DNA of 64,000 bases. Origin: Lentisphaeria bacterium. Its GTDB lineage: Bacteria > Verrucomicrobiota > Lentisphaeria > Victivallales > UBA1829. Location of the stretch: contig JAFVSW010000079.1 of NCBI GenBank assembly GCA_017503545.1, positions 4,133 through 68,132 of the forward strand. The letters run 5' to 3'. Of this stretch, positions 36,670-46,044 are shown one piece after another. Position numbers and translations under genes: made by a program. Numbering within the stretch: position 1 is the stretch's first letter; every line of letters starts with the position of its first letter. The notes beneath the pieces are model-generated. The model had not been told where the DNA came from. It saw nothing but the letters and a program-made list of their open reading frames with translations, and searched no databases.

Positions 36670-37581
36670 TTACAGATAACTTTTTGCTGTGGAACGGTCA
36701 AATGTTGCCGGAGCTTCTGTCAGACAGTTGGCACTGGCGGCTGCCAGCCCGCAGCGGAATGCTTCCCGTAACGGGGTCCCCGTCATGAGTTCAGAGAGGG
36801 TGACGCCGGAACAGGTATCGCCGGACCCGATGGGATTGACCGGATTTTCCACCAGCGGAACGGGGAGAGATTCAATATTTTTTCCGTTTTCAGCAATATA
36901 AGCGGGATTTTTTCCATCGGTGACAGCCAATGCGCCGACTTTGAAATTGCGGAAACATGCGGCAAAGGCATTTTCCACATTGTTTTCTCCGGTAAGGGCA
37001 TATAATTCATCCAGATTGATCTTCAGCAGATCGACCCCGTTCTGAAGGATTTTTTCGATTCCGATAAAGGCATCCAAAAACAGGAACGCATGATGTTTTT
37101 TTGCCGCCGCAGCCAAACGGGCATAAAAATCATCCGGGATACCCGGCGGATAGGTTCCGCATAACGCCAAAGCATCTGCTTCCGGCAGAAAGGCATCGAA
37201 CATACGGAACAATTCATCTACCGATTCATCAGGGACTTTTGCCGAAGGTTCGATCAATTCCGTCATGGAGTGATCGGTACGATCAAGAACCGTTGTACAG
37301 CAGCGGGTATTTCCGGGAATCATCAATGTTTGATGGCGGAGTCCTTCTTCATTGAGATATGCAACAAGCCGTTCCCCGTTTGCGCCGCCGGCGACCTGAA
37401 AGATGACCGGGTCAGCACAGCCCCAATTTACCGCGGCTCTGGCAGTATTGATTCCTTTTCCGGATGCCATTTCCATGAGCGATGCAGCGCGATTGACGGC
37501 ACCTTGAGAAAATTTTGTAAAAGAAAGAGTTTTCTGCCATGCCGGATTCAAACCGGAAATGGCGAGCAATGGTTTTTTCAT
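36670..37581 (-). CDS. PfkB-family sugar(-phosphate) kinase (1-phosphofructokinase/tagatose-6-phosphate kinase-like)
   Basis: GKGINTARA near the N-terminus and C-terminal NPIGSGDTCSG (PfkB signature 2). The 303-aa length fits. Confidence 0.8.
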   Translation of the reverse strand: MKKPLLAISGLNPAWQKTLSFTKFSQGAVNRAASLMEMASGKGINTARAAVNWGCADPVIFQVAGGANGERLVAYLNEEGLRHQTLMIPGNTRCCTTVLDRTDHSMTELIEPSAKVPDESVDELFRMFDAFLPEADALALCGTYPPGIPDDFYARLAAAAKKHHAFLFLDAFIGIEKILQNGVDLLKINLDELYALTGENNVENAFAACFRNFKVGALAVTDGKNPAYIAENGKNIESLPVPLVENPVNPIGSGDTCSGVTLSELMTGTPLREAFRCGLAAASANCLTEAPATFDRSTAKSYL

Positions 37582-37582
37582 A

Positions 37583-40003
37583 TTATCTGGCCTCCTGGAT
37601 TAATAAAGTTTGATCCCGTTCAAATTGTGGATTCTGCTGTCTGTAATGGAAGAAATGTTTTTCCATATTATTGCGGATGATAATCAAGGCATCAAGATAT
37701 GCCTGTTCCTCTGCCGGCAGAGAATGGTATTTAACTTGCATTTTTTCGATCAAAGGAATATATTTTTCCGGATCACCCGCGGAAAGAACTGCCAGATCCG
37801 GTAATTGTTCCGGGGATGGCAAATCTTTGCTCCGGTAGCCGGCAGTTTCCAGAAGCTGCTGCAAATCCTTGCGGAATGCATCGACTTGTTTTGATACGAT
37901 CCTCTTTTTCAGATAAGTCTGATAACTGTCCTGCAAGGAGAACGGAAGTTTTTCCACATGCGTTTCTGCTGTTTCCGGTGCGGAATAACAATACATGCCG
38001 ACGCACCATAAAGCCAGTGCCTGTTCTGAAACATTTTTCAGGAGCCGGATCACATGTTCCTGTTCATCCCAGTCAAGGTCTCTGATCGTGAAAGATCCAC
38101 CGTTCGTCAGATAAATAAATGGCGGAACGACATGCGCAATCGTCAAGTTTCCCTGTTTCCGCCAGGAATCAAAGGGTTCTTTCCGGAAAAAGAATTTACA
38201 TTCCTGATTGCTTGCACTGCGGAGAGATTCCGCAAACAGTTCGGGGATCTGGATACATTCCCGCAGAACATTCAAAACGCTGCTGTCTTTTCCCGGATTT
38301 TCTTTACTTTTATATTGATCCAATGCTTTTTTATAATCTCCGGCGGCAAGGTGGGGAATGACATATTTTTCCAGATAAGCCCGGTTTAATTTCAGCTGCT
38401 GACTGTATTCTTTCATTGCTTTCCGGATCATATCGAGCCGCTGCATCCGCAGTTCCCGGCTTTCTGTAAAGAGAGGATTTTTCCGCTCAAATACCTCACA
38501 AGCAGCAAGGTAATTATGCTCTTCCAAATGCGGTTGTGCTTCCAATTCCAGTTGATTCATTAATTTTCTGACTTCTTTATCCGAAGCGATCTGCAGTTCA
38601 GAGATCAAGGCGACAGCTGTTTTTCTGATATTTGCATCTTCATCGTTTTCAAAAGATTTTAAATCCGCGATGACTTTGGCAAAACCTGTTTTTTTCTGTA
38701 ACGCAGTCTTTGCATTTTCCTGAACCGCGACCCAAATATCTGCACGATTCATTACCCGGTACGGAAGTGTTTGCTGAGTATGTTCCTGCGTTTCTTTTCC
38801 ATGGTTGTATTTCCGTTCCAACAGAAGTCCTGTCGTCGCCGCTGCAAGTATTCCGATCACACTGATTTCCACCCAACGGGAAAAACGGCGGAGGACGGTT
38901 TGATTTTTTACCAGAATATTCTTTACAACAGGATGCGTTTTTCCATATGATTTTCCAGAAGCCGCCAATATGTTATCGTTGGTGGAGGGCAACGGGAGTC
39001 CATTCATGTACGCCTCCAGATCGGCAAGCAGTTCTTCCGGCGTCTGATAACGTTCTGTTTTCTTTTTCCGGAGGCAGAGCATGGCAATGTATTCCATATC
39101 GAACGGAACATTGGGCCGGTAAACTCCGGGGATCTTCGGTTCTGTTTCAAAATGAAAACGGCGCAGTTCACTGCGGCTTTTTGCCTCAAAGGGGAGCCGT
39201 CCGGCAAGCATTTGATAAATGGAGACCCCCAGAGAATAAATATCTGCCCGGCTGTCACAATGGTTGACATCTATAAATTGTTCCGGAGCCATATATTCCG
39301 GAGTGCCGAGAGAAATCAGTTCCAGCGTATCTTCTTTATTGGCAGAGGTATTCTGAGCCGTCTTCTGCTGTGCATCTTTCCCCGGTCCGTATTTGGCTAG
39401 TTCCGGATTGATCAGTTTGCATTTTCCATTGGCTGTAACCAGAATGTTTTCCGGCCGGATATCGTTGTAAACGATCCCTTTCTTTGCGGCTGCCGCAAGC
39501 GCGGAACAGACTGCTGTGGCGATTTCTGCTGTTTTTGCCGGGGATAATGGACCGGAATGTAAAAGAATATCCGCAACGGTTTCTCCTTTTTCATATTCCG
39601 TTACCAGATAAAGCGAGCCGTGTTCATCCGTTCCACATTCATAAACTTTTATAAAGTTGGGATGGGTGATTTCTTTGCAGATCTTACATGCTTTTTCAAA
39701 ACGGCGGCAGAACTCTGCATTGTTGGCATATTCCCGCGGCAATACTTTGATTGTGACCGGAATATCAAGGTCCGGGTGTTTCCCTTTATACATTCTGCCC
39801 ATCCCGTCTTTGCCGAGAAAACGTTCCACAGAATATGGTCCGATTTTTTCCGGCGGGGGCGTATCGATCCCGGAATAATCCTTGATCGCTGTTACATCAT
39901 CCAGAATAAACATGGTATGACATGCGGGACAGAGTACAGCTTTTCCCTGTTCCAGATGTTCCAGTTCATTCTCTTTTTTACAGTGCGGACAACGTATAAT
40001 CAT
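37583..40003 (-). CDS. Membrane-spanning Hanks-type Ser/Thr kinase-like protein with N-terminal zinc ribbon and degenerate catalytic motifs (possible pseudokinase)
   Basis: Zinc ribbon CPHCK...CPACH. Kinase fold with LGKDGMGRMYKG, VTIKVL and GTPEYMAPEQ. The catalytic loop reads YNDIRPEN rather than HRDxKxxN, and NPE replaces DFG. TM helix VIGILAAATTGLLL, then an about 400-aa helical extracytoplasmic domain. Confidence 0.75.
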   Translation of the reverse strand: MIIRCPHCKKENELEHLEQGKAVLCPACHTMFILDDVTAIKDYSGIDTPPPEKIGPYSVERFLGKDGMGRMYKGKHPDLDIPVTIKVLPREYANNAEFCRRFEKACKICKEITHPNFIKVYECGTDEHGSLYLVTEYEKGETVADILLHSGPLSPAKTAEIATAVCSALAAAAKKGIVYNDIRPENILVTANGKCKLINPELAKYGPGKDAQQKTAQNTSANKEDTLELISLGTPEYMAPEQFIDVNHCDSRADIYSLGVSIYQMLAGRLPFEAKSRSELRRFHFETEPKIPGVYRPNVPFDMEYIAMLCLRKKKTERYQTPEELLADLEAYMNGLPLPSTNDNILAASGKSYGKTHPVVKNILVKNQTVLRRFSRWVEISVIGILAAATTGLLLERKYNHGKETQEHTQQTLPYRVMNRADIWVAVQENAKTALQKKTGFAKVIADLKSFENDEDANIRKTAVALISELQIASDKEVRKLMNQLELEAQPHLEEHNYLAACEVFERKNPLFTESRELRMQRLDMIRKAMKEYSQQLKLNRAYLEKYVIPHLAAGDYKKALDQYKSKENPGKDSSVLNVLRECIQIPELFAESLRSASNQECKFFFRKEPFDSWRKQGNLTIAHVVPPFIYLTNGGSFTIRDLDWDEQEHVIRLLKNVSEQALALWCVGMYCYSAPETAETHVEKLPFSLQDSYQTYLKKRIVSKQVDAFRKDLQQLLETAGYRSKDLPSPEQLPDLAVLSAGDPEKYIPLIEKMQVKYHSLPAEEQAYLDALIIIRNNMEKHFFHYRQQNPQFERDQTLLIQEAR

Positions 40004-40024
40004 AACACCATCCCGATGTATGGA

Positions 40025-42598
40025 TTAAAAACCATCAAACAAATTCGGCTGATAAGAGGTGGACAATTCCTGTTCCTCGGATAACTGTGCTGCTTCGTTC
40101 CGTTTTCTGCCGGAACGTCCGCCCCGATGTTCCCGGATTGCTCTGACAACCGCCGGCTGTCCCGCATCCGCCATGGCATTGGCTTCCAGATTATCCAGAA
40201 TGACTTTTGCCCGTTCGATCACATCAAGTGGCAATCCAGCCAGTTTTGCCACATGGATCCCGTAACTTTTATCCGCCGCGCCCGGAATGATCTGACGGAG
40301 AAAGATGATTTGATCCCCATATTCCCGTACGGCTACATTGTAATTTTTTACGCCGGGCCGGGTCAATGCCAGTTCCGTCAATTCATGATAATGGGTTGCA
40401 AACTGAGTACGCGCTTTGCAATCCGGATGATCCAGCAGATATTCTGCCACTGCCCAGGCAATGGATAAGCCGTCAAACGTACTGGTCCCGCGCCCGATTT
40501 CATCCAGAATCACCAGACTGCGGTTGGTGGCATGATTCAAAATATTGGCTGTTTCCACCATTTCCACCATGAATGTACTTTGTCCGCGGGCAATATCATC
40601 CATCGCACCGACACGGGTGAAAATCTGGTCCGCAATTCCGACCCAGGCTTCATCCGCCGGAATAAAGGACCCCATTTGCGCCATGATGACAAGCAAGGCT
40701 GTCTGGCGGATATAAGTCGATTTCCCCGCCATGTTGGGACCGGTAATAATCATCATACGATTGTCTTCCCCGTCAAGCATGGTATCATTGGGAACAAACC
40801 GTTCTCCTTCCATCTGCGCATCCAGAACGGGGTGCCGTCCGCCGGAGATTTGTAAAATATCGCTGTCGGAAACATGGGGGCGGCAATATTGATAGGTGAC
40901 GGCGCAATCCGCCAATGCACAAAGGACGTCAAGCGCAGCGATGGCGTTAGCGGATTCCTGAATTTGAGCGGTATATTCACCGGCAGCTTTTTTCAATTCT
41001 TCAAACAACTGCAATTCCAGAGCTTTGGATTTTTCTTCCGCGCCCAGGATCTTGCTTTCAAATTCTTTCAATTCGGGGGTGATAAAGCGTTCCCCATTGG
41101 TCAATGTCTGTTTCCGGATATAATCTTCCGGCGTATGCGCCAGATTCGCTTTGGAGATCTCAATGTAATAACCGAATACCTTATTGAAATGAACCTTTAA
41201 CGACTTGATCCCCGTCCGTTCCTGTTCTTTTGCCTGTAATTCCGCTACCCATTTCTTCCCGTCCGTTGCAGCAAGACGCAATTCATCCAGTTCGGCATTA
41301 TATCCCTGACGGATAAATCCGCCATCGGCAAGAGTCGGCGGCGGTTCTTCGGCAATCCCGCGGAATAAAAGATCCGTCAATTCCGGCAGTTCTGCAATTT
41401 GATTGCGGAGCCGTTCCAATAATGGCAAGTCATAAGAAACCAATAATGTGCGGAGACCGGGGAGCATATCCAGACTGCATGCCAACGCCAGCAAATCCCG
41501 TGCATTGAGATTACCGGCATTGAGTTTGGCAATCAACCGTTCCATATCCTTGACCGCCGCCAGACATTCCCGGAATTCGGTCAAGGTCATGGGGTCATCC
41601 CGGAAAATACCGATTACATCCTGTCGTTCGATGATTTTATCCACATCACAAAGAGGCTTCAAAATCCAGTCCCGCATCATGCGGCTGCCCATTGCGGTTT
41701 TTGTCCGGTCGAGAAGCCGGAGAAGGGTCCCATCTTTACTGCCGCGCAAGTTTTCCACCAGTTCCAGATTCCGTTGGCAAATCGGGTCAAGACCCAGATA
41801 ATCGCTGCACACATTCAAGCGGACGGAACGGATATGACCGGTATTATGCCGCAGATTCTCCGACGCATAATGGAAGACGGCACCGGCAGCCCGGATCGCT
41901 GTTTCTTTATCCCGTAATCCGAAGCCATCCAATGTTGCAACATGGAATTGACGGCGCAACACTTCCCCTGCATTGTCGATGGAAAAAATCCAGTTGTCCA
42001 GGGGCGTCCATAACGGCTGTTTCCGCATGTACGGAAAATCCTTTGCCGCCGTCCATTCTTCGTGTAACGTGATCGGGATCAAACATTCTTTCGGTTGAAT
42101 CCGTTGGAGTTCGCTTTCCAGTTCGGACCGGTTGACCGGCTCACTGGTCACAAATTCGCCGGTACTGATATCCAGCCAGGACAGACCGAATGAGTCTTTC
42201 GGGCCGGAGCAAACGGAACAGAGAAAGTTATTATTTTCAGGTTTGAGGAATGTGGAATCCAGAATTGCGCCGGGCGTAATCACACGGGTGATCGCACGTT
42301 GAACGATTCCTTTTGCCAGTTTCGGATCTTCCATCTGTTCGGCAATTGCCACTTTTACCCCGGCATCCAGCAGTTTCGGCAAATAACTTTCCACCGCATG
42401 ATAAGGGACACCGCACATGGGGTATCCGGCACGGCGGGTGAGGACCACATCCAGAATCGGGGCGGCGCGGACGGCATCATCGAAAAACATTTCATAAAAG
42501 TCGCCCAGGCGGAAAAGGAGGATTGCACCATCCGGGACTTCCGATTTTACCTGAAGATATTGCTTCATCATCGGGGTCATATTCACTTCTTCAGCCAT
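40025..42598 (-). CDS. mutS: DNA mismatch repair protein MutS
   Basis: TPMMKQYL...FRLGDFYEMF, Walker A GPNMAGKSTYIRQ, STFMVEM, DEIGRGTSTFDG and ATHYHEL. The ATG at 42598 is preferred over the ORF-track start at 42643. Confidence 0.95.
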   Translation of the reverse strand: MAEEVNMTPMMKQYLQVKSEVPDGAILLFRLGDFYEMFFDDAVRAAPILDVVLTRRAGYPMCGVPYHAVESYLPKLLDAGVKVAIAEQMEDPKLAKGIVQRAITRVITPGAILDSTFLKPENNNFLCSVCSGPKDSFGLSWLDISTGEFVTSEPVNRSELESELQRIQPKECLIPITLHEEWTAAKDFPYMRKQPLWTPLDNWIFSIDNAGEVLRRQFHVATLDGFGLRDKETAIRAAGAVFHYASENLRHNTGHIRSVRLNVCSDYLGLDPICQRNLELVENLRGSKDGTLLRLLDRTKTAMGSRMMRDWILKPLCDVDKIIERQDVIGIFRDDPMTLTEFRECLAAVKDMERLIAKLNAGNLNARDLLALACSLDMLPGLRTLLVSYDLPLLERLRNQIAELPELTDLLFRGIAEEPPPTLADGGFIRQGYNAELDELRLAATDGKKWVAELQAKEQERTGIKSLKVHFNKVFGYYIEISKANLAHTPEDYIRKQTLTNGERFITPELKEFESKILGAEEKSKALELQLFEELKKAAGEYTAQIQESANAIAALDVLCALADCAVTYQYCRPHVSDSDILQISGGRHPVLDAQMEGERFVPNDTMLDGEDNRMMIITGPNMAGKSTYIRQTALLVIMAQMGSFIPADEAWVGIADQIFTRVGAMDDIARGQSTFMVEMVETANILNHATNRSLVILDEIGRGTSTFDGLSIAWAVAEYLLDHPDCKARTQFATHYHELTELALTRPGVKNYNVAVREYGDQIIFLRQIIPGAADKSYGIHVAKLAGLPLDVIERAKVILDNLEANAMADAGQPAVVRAIREHRGGRSGRKRNEAAQLSEEQELSTSYQPNLFDGF

Positions 42599-42707
42599 AA
42601 ACGAGCCACTCCTGTATACATTAACGTGCCATATCCGTATCAACTCAAAAAATCATGATAACGAATATAGCACGATGTAGTAAAAATGCAAATACCTACT
42701 GCATTTT

Positions 42708-45083
42708 TTATTTGATTTTAACGATGATCACCCGGTCACAGAATACTTTATCTTGTTTTCCGGCATCTTCCGGATAATAGGTTGGTCCTTCAAACTTCAG
42801 AGAAGCATAGATTTTGACTTTGTTCAAAGAGCCCATTTCATACGCTTCACCCATATTTGCCCGGATCTCCTGCCATCCGTCACTCCCGATCCGCAAATCG
42901 CAATCCGGCGATACCGTGAGGGAAGAATGGATTTTGTAAATCTTGAATTTGCCTTTCGGCCCCAGATGATGTTTCCGGATCCAGGAAATGGAGGGATGAT
43001 ATTTCCGGTTCGCATAATCATACATGTTGATCTGAAGCGGCAGTGTGGGTTTCGGTTTATTCATCAATACCGCAGCAACACCCCAGGCGGCATCCTGGTC
43101 TTTGACCCAGCTTCTGCCGTTGACTTTCGGGATCGTCTGGATGATCTGATCGGCAGCCACACCTTTTGTGATGTATTCCGGCAATGCAGCATCCGCTCTG
43201 CCTGCCTGAACCAATGCCATTTTGATCCGTTCATTCAAGGATTTCAACGATGCTTTCGCACGGAATGTGAAACTGTTGTTGTAATAATCCTTGATCGTTT
43301 TCTGGAAACGGTTCAAGATCGTTTCGGCAAGAACTTCCGGCTTCACAGGGAAGGACGGGTATTTCTTCAGCAATTGATTATACCGCATCAGAATAACATA
43401 TTCCAGATTGAGACGGACGCGGTTGACATTGTTCAGCCGTTCCGGATCATTTTTCACCAACTTTTCCATTTCCAGGAAATAGTTGTACCAGCGCATCATA
43501 TTTTCAGGTCTCAAATATGCATAGGCATTGATGGATGGATTCCAAGCCAGGCGGAGAGTATTTTTTTCCGTGACATCTTCCAATTCGTTCAAATATTTCC
43601 GCATGACCGGAGCGGCTTTGCCGTATTCAAACGCCATGAATTCATCAATGAGTTTATCGGCATCCTGCTTGACATCTTTGAACAGTTGCAGGATGAGGAA
43701 ACTCTGCAATTCTGTGAACCCGATCATATTCGGCACGCCCACATTATGTTCGAATGCAGACATATACATGTTGGCATTCACCATCTTCCGGATATCATAT
43801 ACCAGACGGCGGATATTGCCCAGCGGCGGGGTGATGTCCCCGGAATAGGGATTGGGATAATACCAGATATTCACTTTGGATGCGATTTTACCCCATTTTT
43901 CCAAATCTTTTGCGGTTTCAGCATTGTTTTTATGCGCCCAGGACTTGCCGAAATCGTCGTCGATGGGAGCAAAGATCGGAATCAGATTATCCGGCCATTT
44001 TTTCACGTTGACCGGCGGTTTCTGTGTTTGATTTTTCCGATAGGAAAGGAAGGAAACAAAATTCTGCGGATATTCTTTTTTCAGGATCGCACTGAGTTCC
44101 AGCAAATAATCATAAAACGGTCCGCCGGGGGAGCCGTATTCCTTTTCTTTCGCCAGACAGGCTTTGCAATAACAGAAAGAGCCGGGGGAGTCGTGAGCGG
44201 AAACACAGAAGATCCGGTTTTGCGGTTCCCGCTTCATATTTTCCAGAATGTTTTTGGTCAATTCTTTCCGCAGTCCGGCGTTACTGAAACACAAATGAGT
44301 GCCGCCATTGGGTTTGCCATTGGGAAGCAGTCCGAAATATTCCGGATTGGTTTTCCAGTAATTTTTATCTTTCAGCCAGGGATACGGGGTGTAAACTCTC
44401 CGGTTCGCCGAGCCGGGAATGTAAGAAGGCAGGGTGTGAGTCCCGTAGGAAGATTTCATTTCCAATTCCGGGATCATGATCTTTTTATCCCGCAGAAAAC
44501 GGTCGATCAATGCAGAATTTTGACGGTTGCGCAGGAAAAACAGATGGGCGTGGGGACGATGGTAGATCCAATATCCGGTGGCACTGCGGAAGGGAACGGA
44601 AAATGATGTTTTACGATTCCATTTCTTCCACGCAAGATTCCGGCAATCCGGCACTTTCATCCCGCCGCGTGCATCGTACCAGCGATAGCCAAGCACATTT
44701 TCCAGATAATCATAGACGGCATACATCTCACCCCAGGTGCCCTGCCCGTAGAGAAACAAATCATTTCCGACAGTCCGGACTACATGTTCCTGTGCTTGCA
44801 AGCCTTTGCGGGGATCGTTCTTCAGGATTTTCAATGCGGCGGGGGAAATACCGAGGAAGATCCGGTTCTTTTCCGGCGCCTGTGCTGATTTTATGATCCG
44901 GAAATCAGCGCCGGATGCTTTTTTCAGAAACGTCTGCAATTCCTGTGCCGCAAATTTTACACCGGTATCCGGTTGATCCGGAATCACGATCGAATAAGAT
45001 GTCTTGCCATTCCGGATAAAATCGCCGCCGGTGAGGCAGAATGTGGTCAGTACAGTAATACAAAACAAAACCAGTTTTTTCAT
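42708..45083 (-). CDS. Secreted DUF4838-like protein (GH20/GH67-like N-terminal fold family), putative glycan-active
   Basis: Signal peptide MKKLVLFCITVLTTFCLTG. N-terminal pattern GKTSYSIVIPDQPDTGVKFAAQELQTFLKKASGADFRII, characteristic of DUF4838 proteins. The 791-aa length fits. Confidence 0.5.
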   Translation of the reverse strand: MKKLVLFCITVLTTFCLTGGDFIRNGKTSYSIVIPDQPDTGVKFAAQELQTFLKKASGADFRIIKSAQAPEKNRIFLGISPAALKILKNDPRKGLQAQEHVVRTVGNDLFLYGQGTWGEMYAVYDYLENVLGYRWYDARGGMKVPDCRNLAWKKWNRKTSFSVPFRSATGYWIYHRPHAHLFFLRNRQNSALIDRFLRDKKIMIPELEMKSSYGTHTLPSYIPGSANRRVYTPYPWLKDKNYWKTNPEYFGLLPNGKPNGGTHLCFSNAGLRKELTKNILENMKREPQNRIFCVSAHDSPGSFCYCKACLAKEKEYGSPGGPFYDYLLELSAILKKEYPQNFVSFLSYRKNQTQKPPVNVKKWPDNLIPIFAPIDDDFGKSWAHKNNAETAKDLEKWGKIASKVNIWYYPNPYSGDITPPLGNIRRLVYDIRKMVNANMYMSAFEHNVGVPNMIGFTELQSFLILQLFKDVKQDADKLIDEFMAFEYGKAAPVMRKYLNELEDVTEKNTLRLAWNPSINAYAYLRPENMMRWYNYFLEMEKLVKNDPERLNNVNRVRLNLEYVILMRYNQLLKKYPSFPVKPEVLAETILNRFQKTIKDYYNNSFTFRAKASLKSLNERIKMALVQAGRADAALPEYITKGVAADQIIQTIPKVNGRSWVKDQDAAWGVAAVLMNKPKPTLPLQINMYDYANRKYHPSISWIRKHHLGPKGKFKIYKIHSSLTVSPDCDLRIGSDGWQEIRANMGEAYEMGSLNKVKIYASLKFEGPTYYPEDAGKQDKVFCDRVIIVKIK

Positions 45084-45102
45084 TTTTTATGTTACTCCTT
45101 GC

Positions 45103-45879
45103 TTAATTTGAAAAACGTTGCTGGGCAGTGATGGACCATTTGTAGTTCCAGAGGTCATTGTAATAACAGTTTCCGCAACGGTAGAATGATTCTGTTTCAC
45201 TTGCCGCCCCGTTGAGGTAAATGGCATTCATTCCTTTTTTATGGGCTTTGTGCATACCGATATCGTATTTCTGGCCCAAGCCGACTTTGTGGACCGTCTG
45301 TGCTGTCATGTCATAATAACGCCAGTAATCCGCAAACACTATGGTTTTGTTCATGTGTTTGTTTTTCTGGAATGTACGGGAGAAGAAGGTGGTGCATGCA
45401 CTGTGGGGGGTACCTTGGTATTGTCCCGTTTTCCAGCCGAAATAACGGTTGTAGCCGTAAGAGGTCGTTTCGATCTTGAGATTGGCATTGGTGCCTTTCT
45501 TTGTGGTGTCGGAAGGACATGCCATCAAGTTTTTGAACGTGGAAGGCAGGCGGTTTGTCGCAACGGTAAAGTTGAAGAAATCATTCAGTATCGCTTCATG
45601 CCAATATTTCCCGAAATGTACGGGAACCTGATTGTAATAATGCAATACCCAGTCGCCATTGTTGCTTGCATACAGATTCCAATAATTGTACAACTGACGC
45701 AAATTATTGAGACAGGATGCTTTTTTGACTGTTTCCTTTGTCTGACTCAACGCTGGCAGCAGCATCGCCGCCAAAATGGCAATGATCGCAATGACAACGA
45801 GTAATTCGATAAGGGTAAAGCGGTACCGCTTTACCCGCCGCGCGGCGGGTAAAACATGATTTCTTTTCTCTTGTTTCAT
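45103..45879 (-). CDS. Prepilin-type N-terminal cleavage/methylation domain protein, DUF1559 (pseudopilin-like) family
   Basis: [30 protein letters not shown] followed by a DUF1559-like body. The C-terminal region contains the His ... DG-type segment [13 protein letters not shown]. Confidence 0.85.
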   Translation of the reverse strand: MKQEKRNHVLPAARRVKRYRFTLIELLVVIAIIAILAAMLLPALSQTKETVKKASCLNNLRQLYNYWNLYASNNGDWVLHYYNQVPVHFGKYWHEAILNDFFNFTVATNRLPSTFKNLMACPSDTTKKGTNANLKIETTSYGYNRYFGWKTGQYQGTPHSACTTFFSRTFQKNKHMNKTIVFADYWRYYDMTAQTVHKVGLGQKYDIGMHKAHKKGMNAIYLNGAASETESFYRCGNCYYNDLWNYKWSITAQQRFSN

Positions 45880-46044
45880 TTTGTTGAATCCTTATTTTTC
45901 TATTTATTGTATAGAACCGTACATCGTACGGGGCGAATTTTTCTTCCACATATCCGTTTTTACAATCGGTTATCCGGCAGGTGCAAGATGCATGATTTTA
46001 GCCGGATCTCCTCCTTTACCGGGAAAATACCGGAAACAAAATTA

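Noticed and set aside
42753-44606. 617-aa ORF antisense to the DUF4838-like gene. Similar long shadow ORFs occur at 860-1897, 4052-5281, 14045-15052, 15010-15831, 18788-19903, 20002-21231, 25644-26351, 26695-27345, 30630-31346, 32346-33137, 35956-36771, 46210-47220, 52892-53542, 61465-62043, 62071-62910 and 62951-63574.
   Set aside because: All lie opposite genes with strong family-level motif support. They have skewed compositions (rich in F/R/I/H/C), lack start context, and are explained by avoidance of TTA/CTA/TCA codons on the sense strand.
45880-46044. Small ORFs (45856-46140, 45881-46195) and the ccgtac-atc-gtacgg hairpin in the gap upstream of the DUF1559 gene
   Set aside because: The ORFs span an intergenic region plus the antisense strand of a real gene. 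The 6-bp hairpin has no T-tract on either strand and is too weak to call a terminator.
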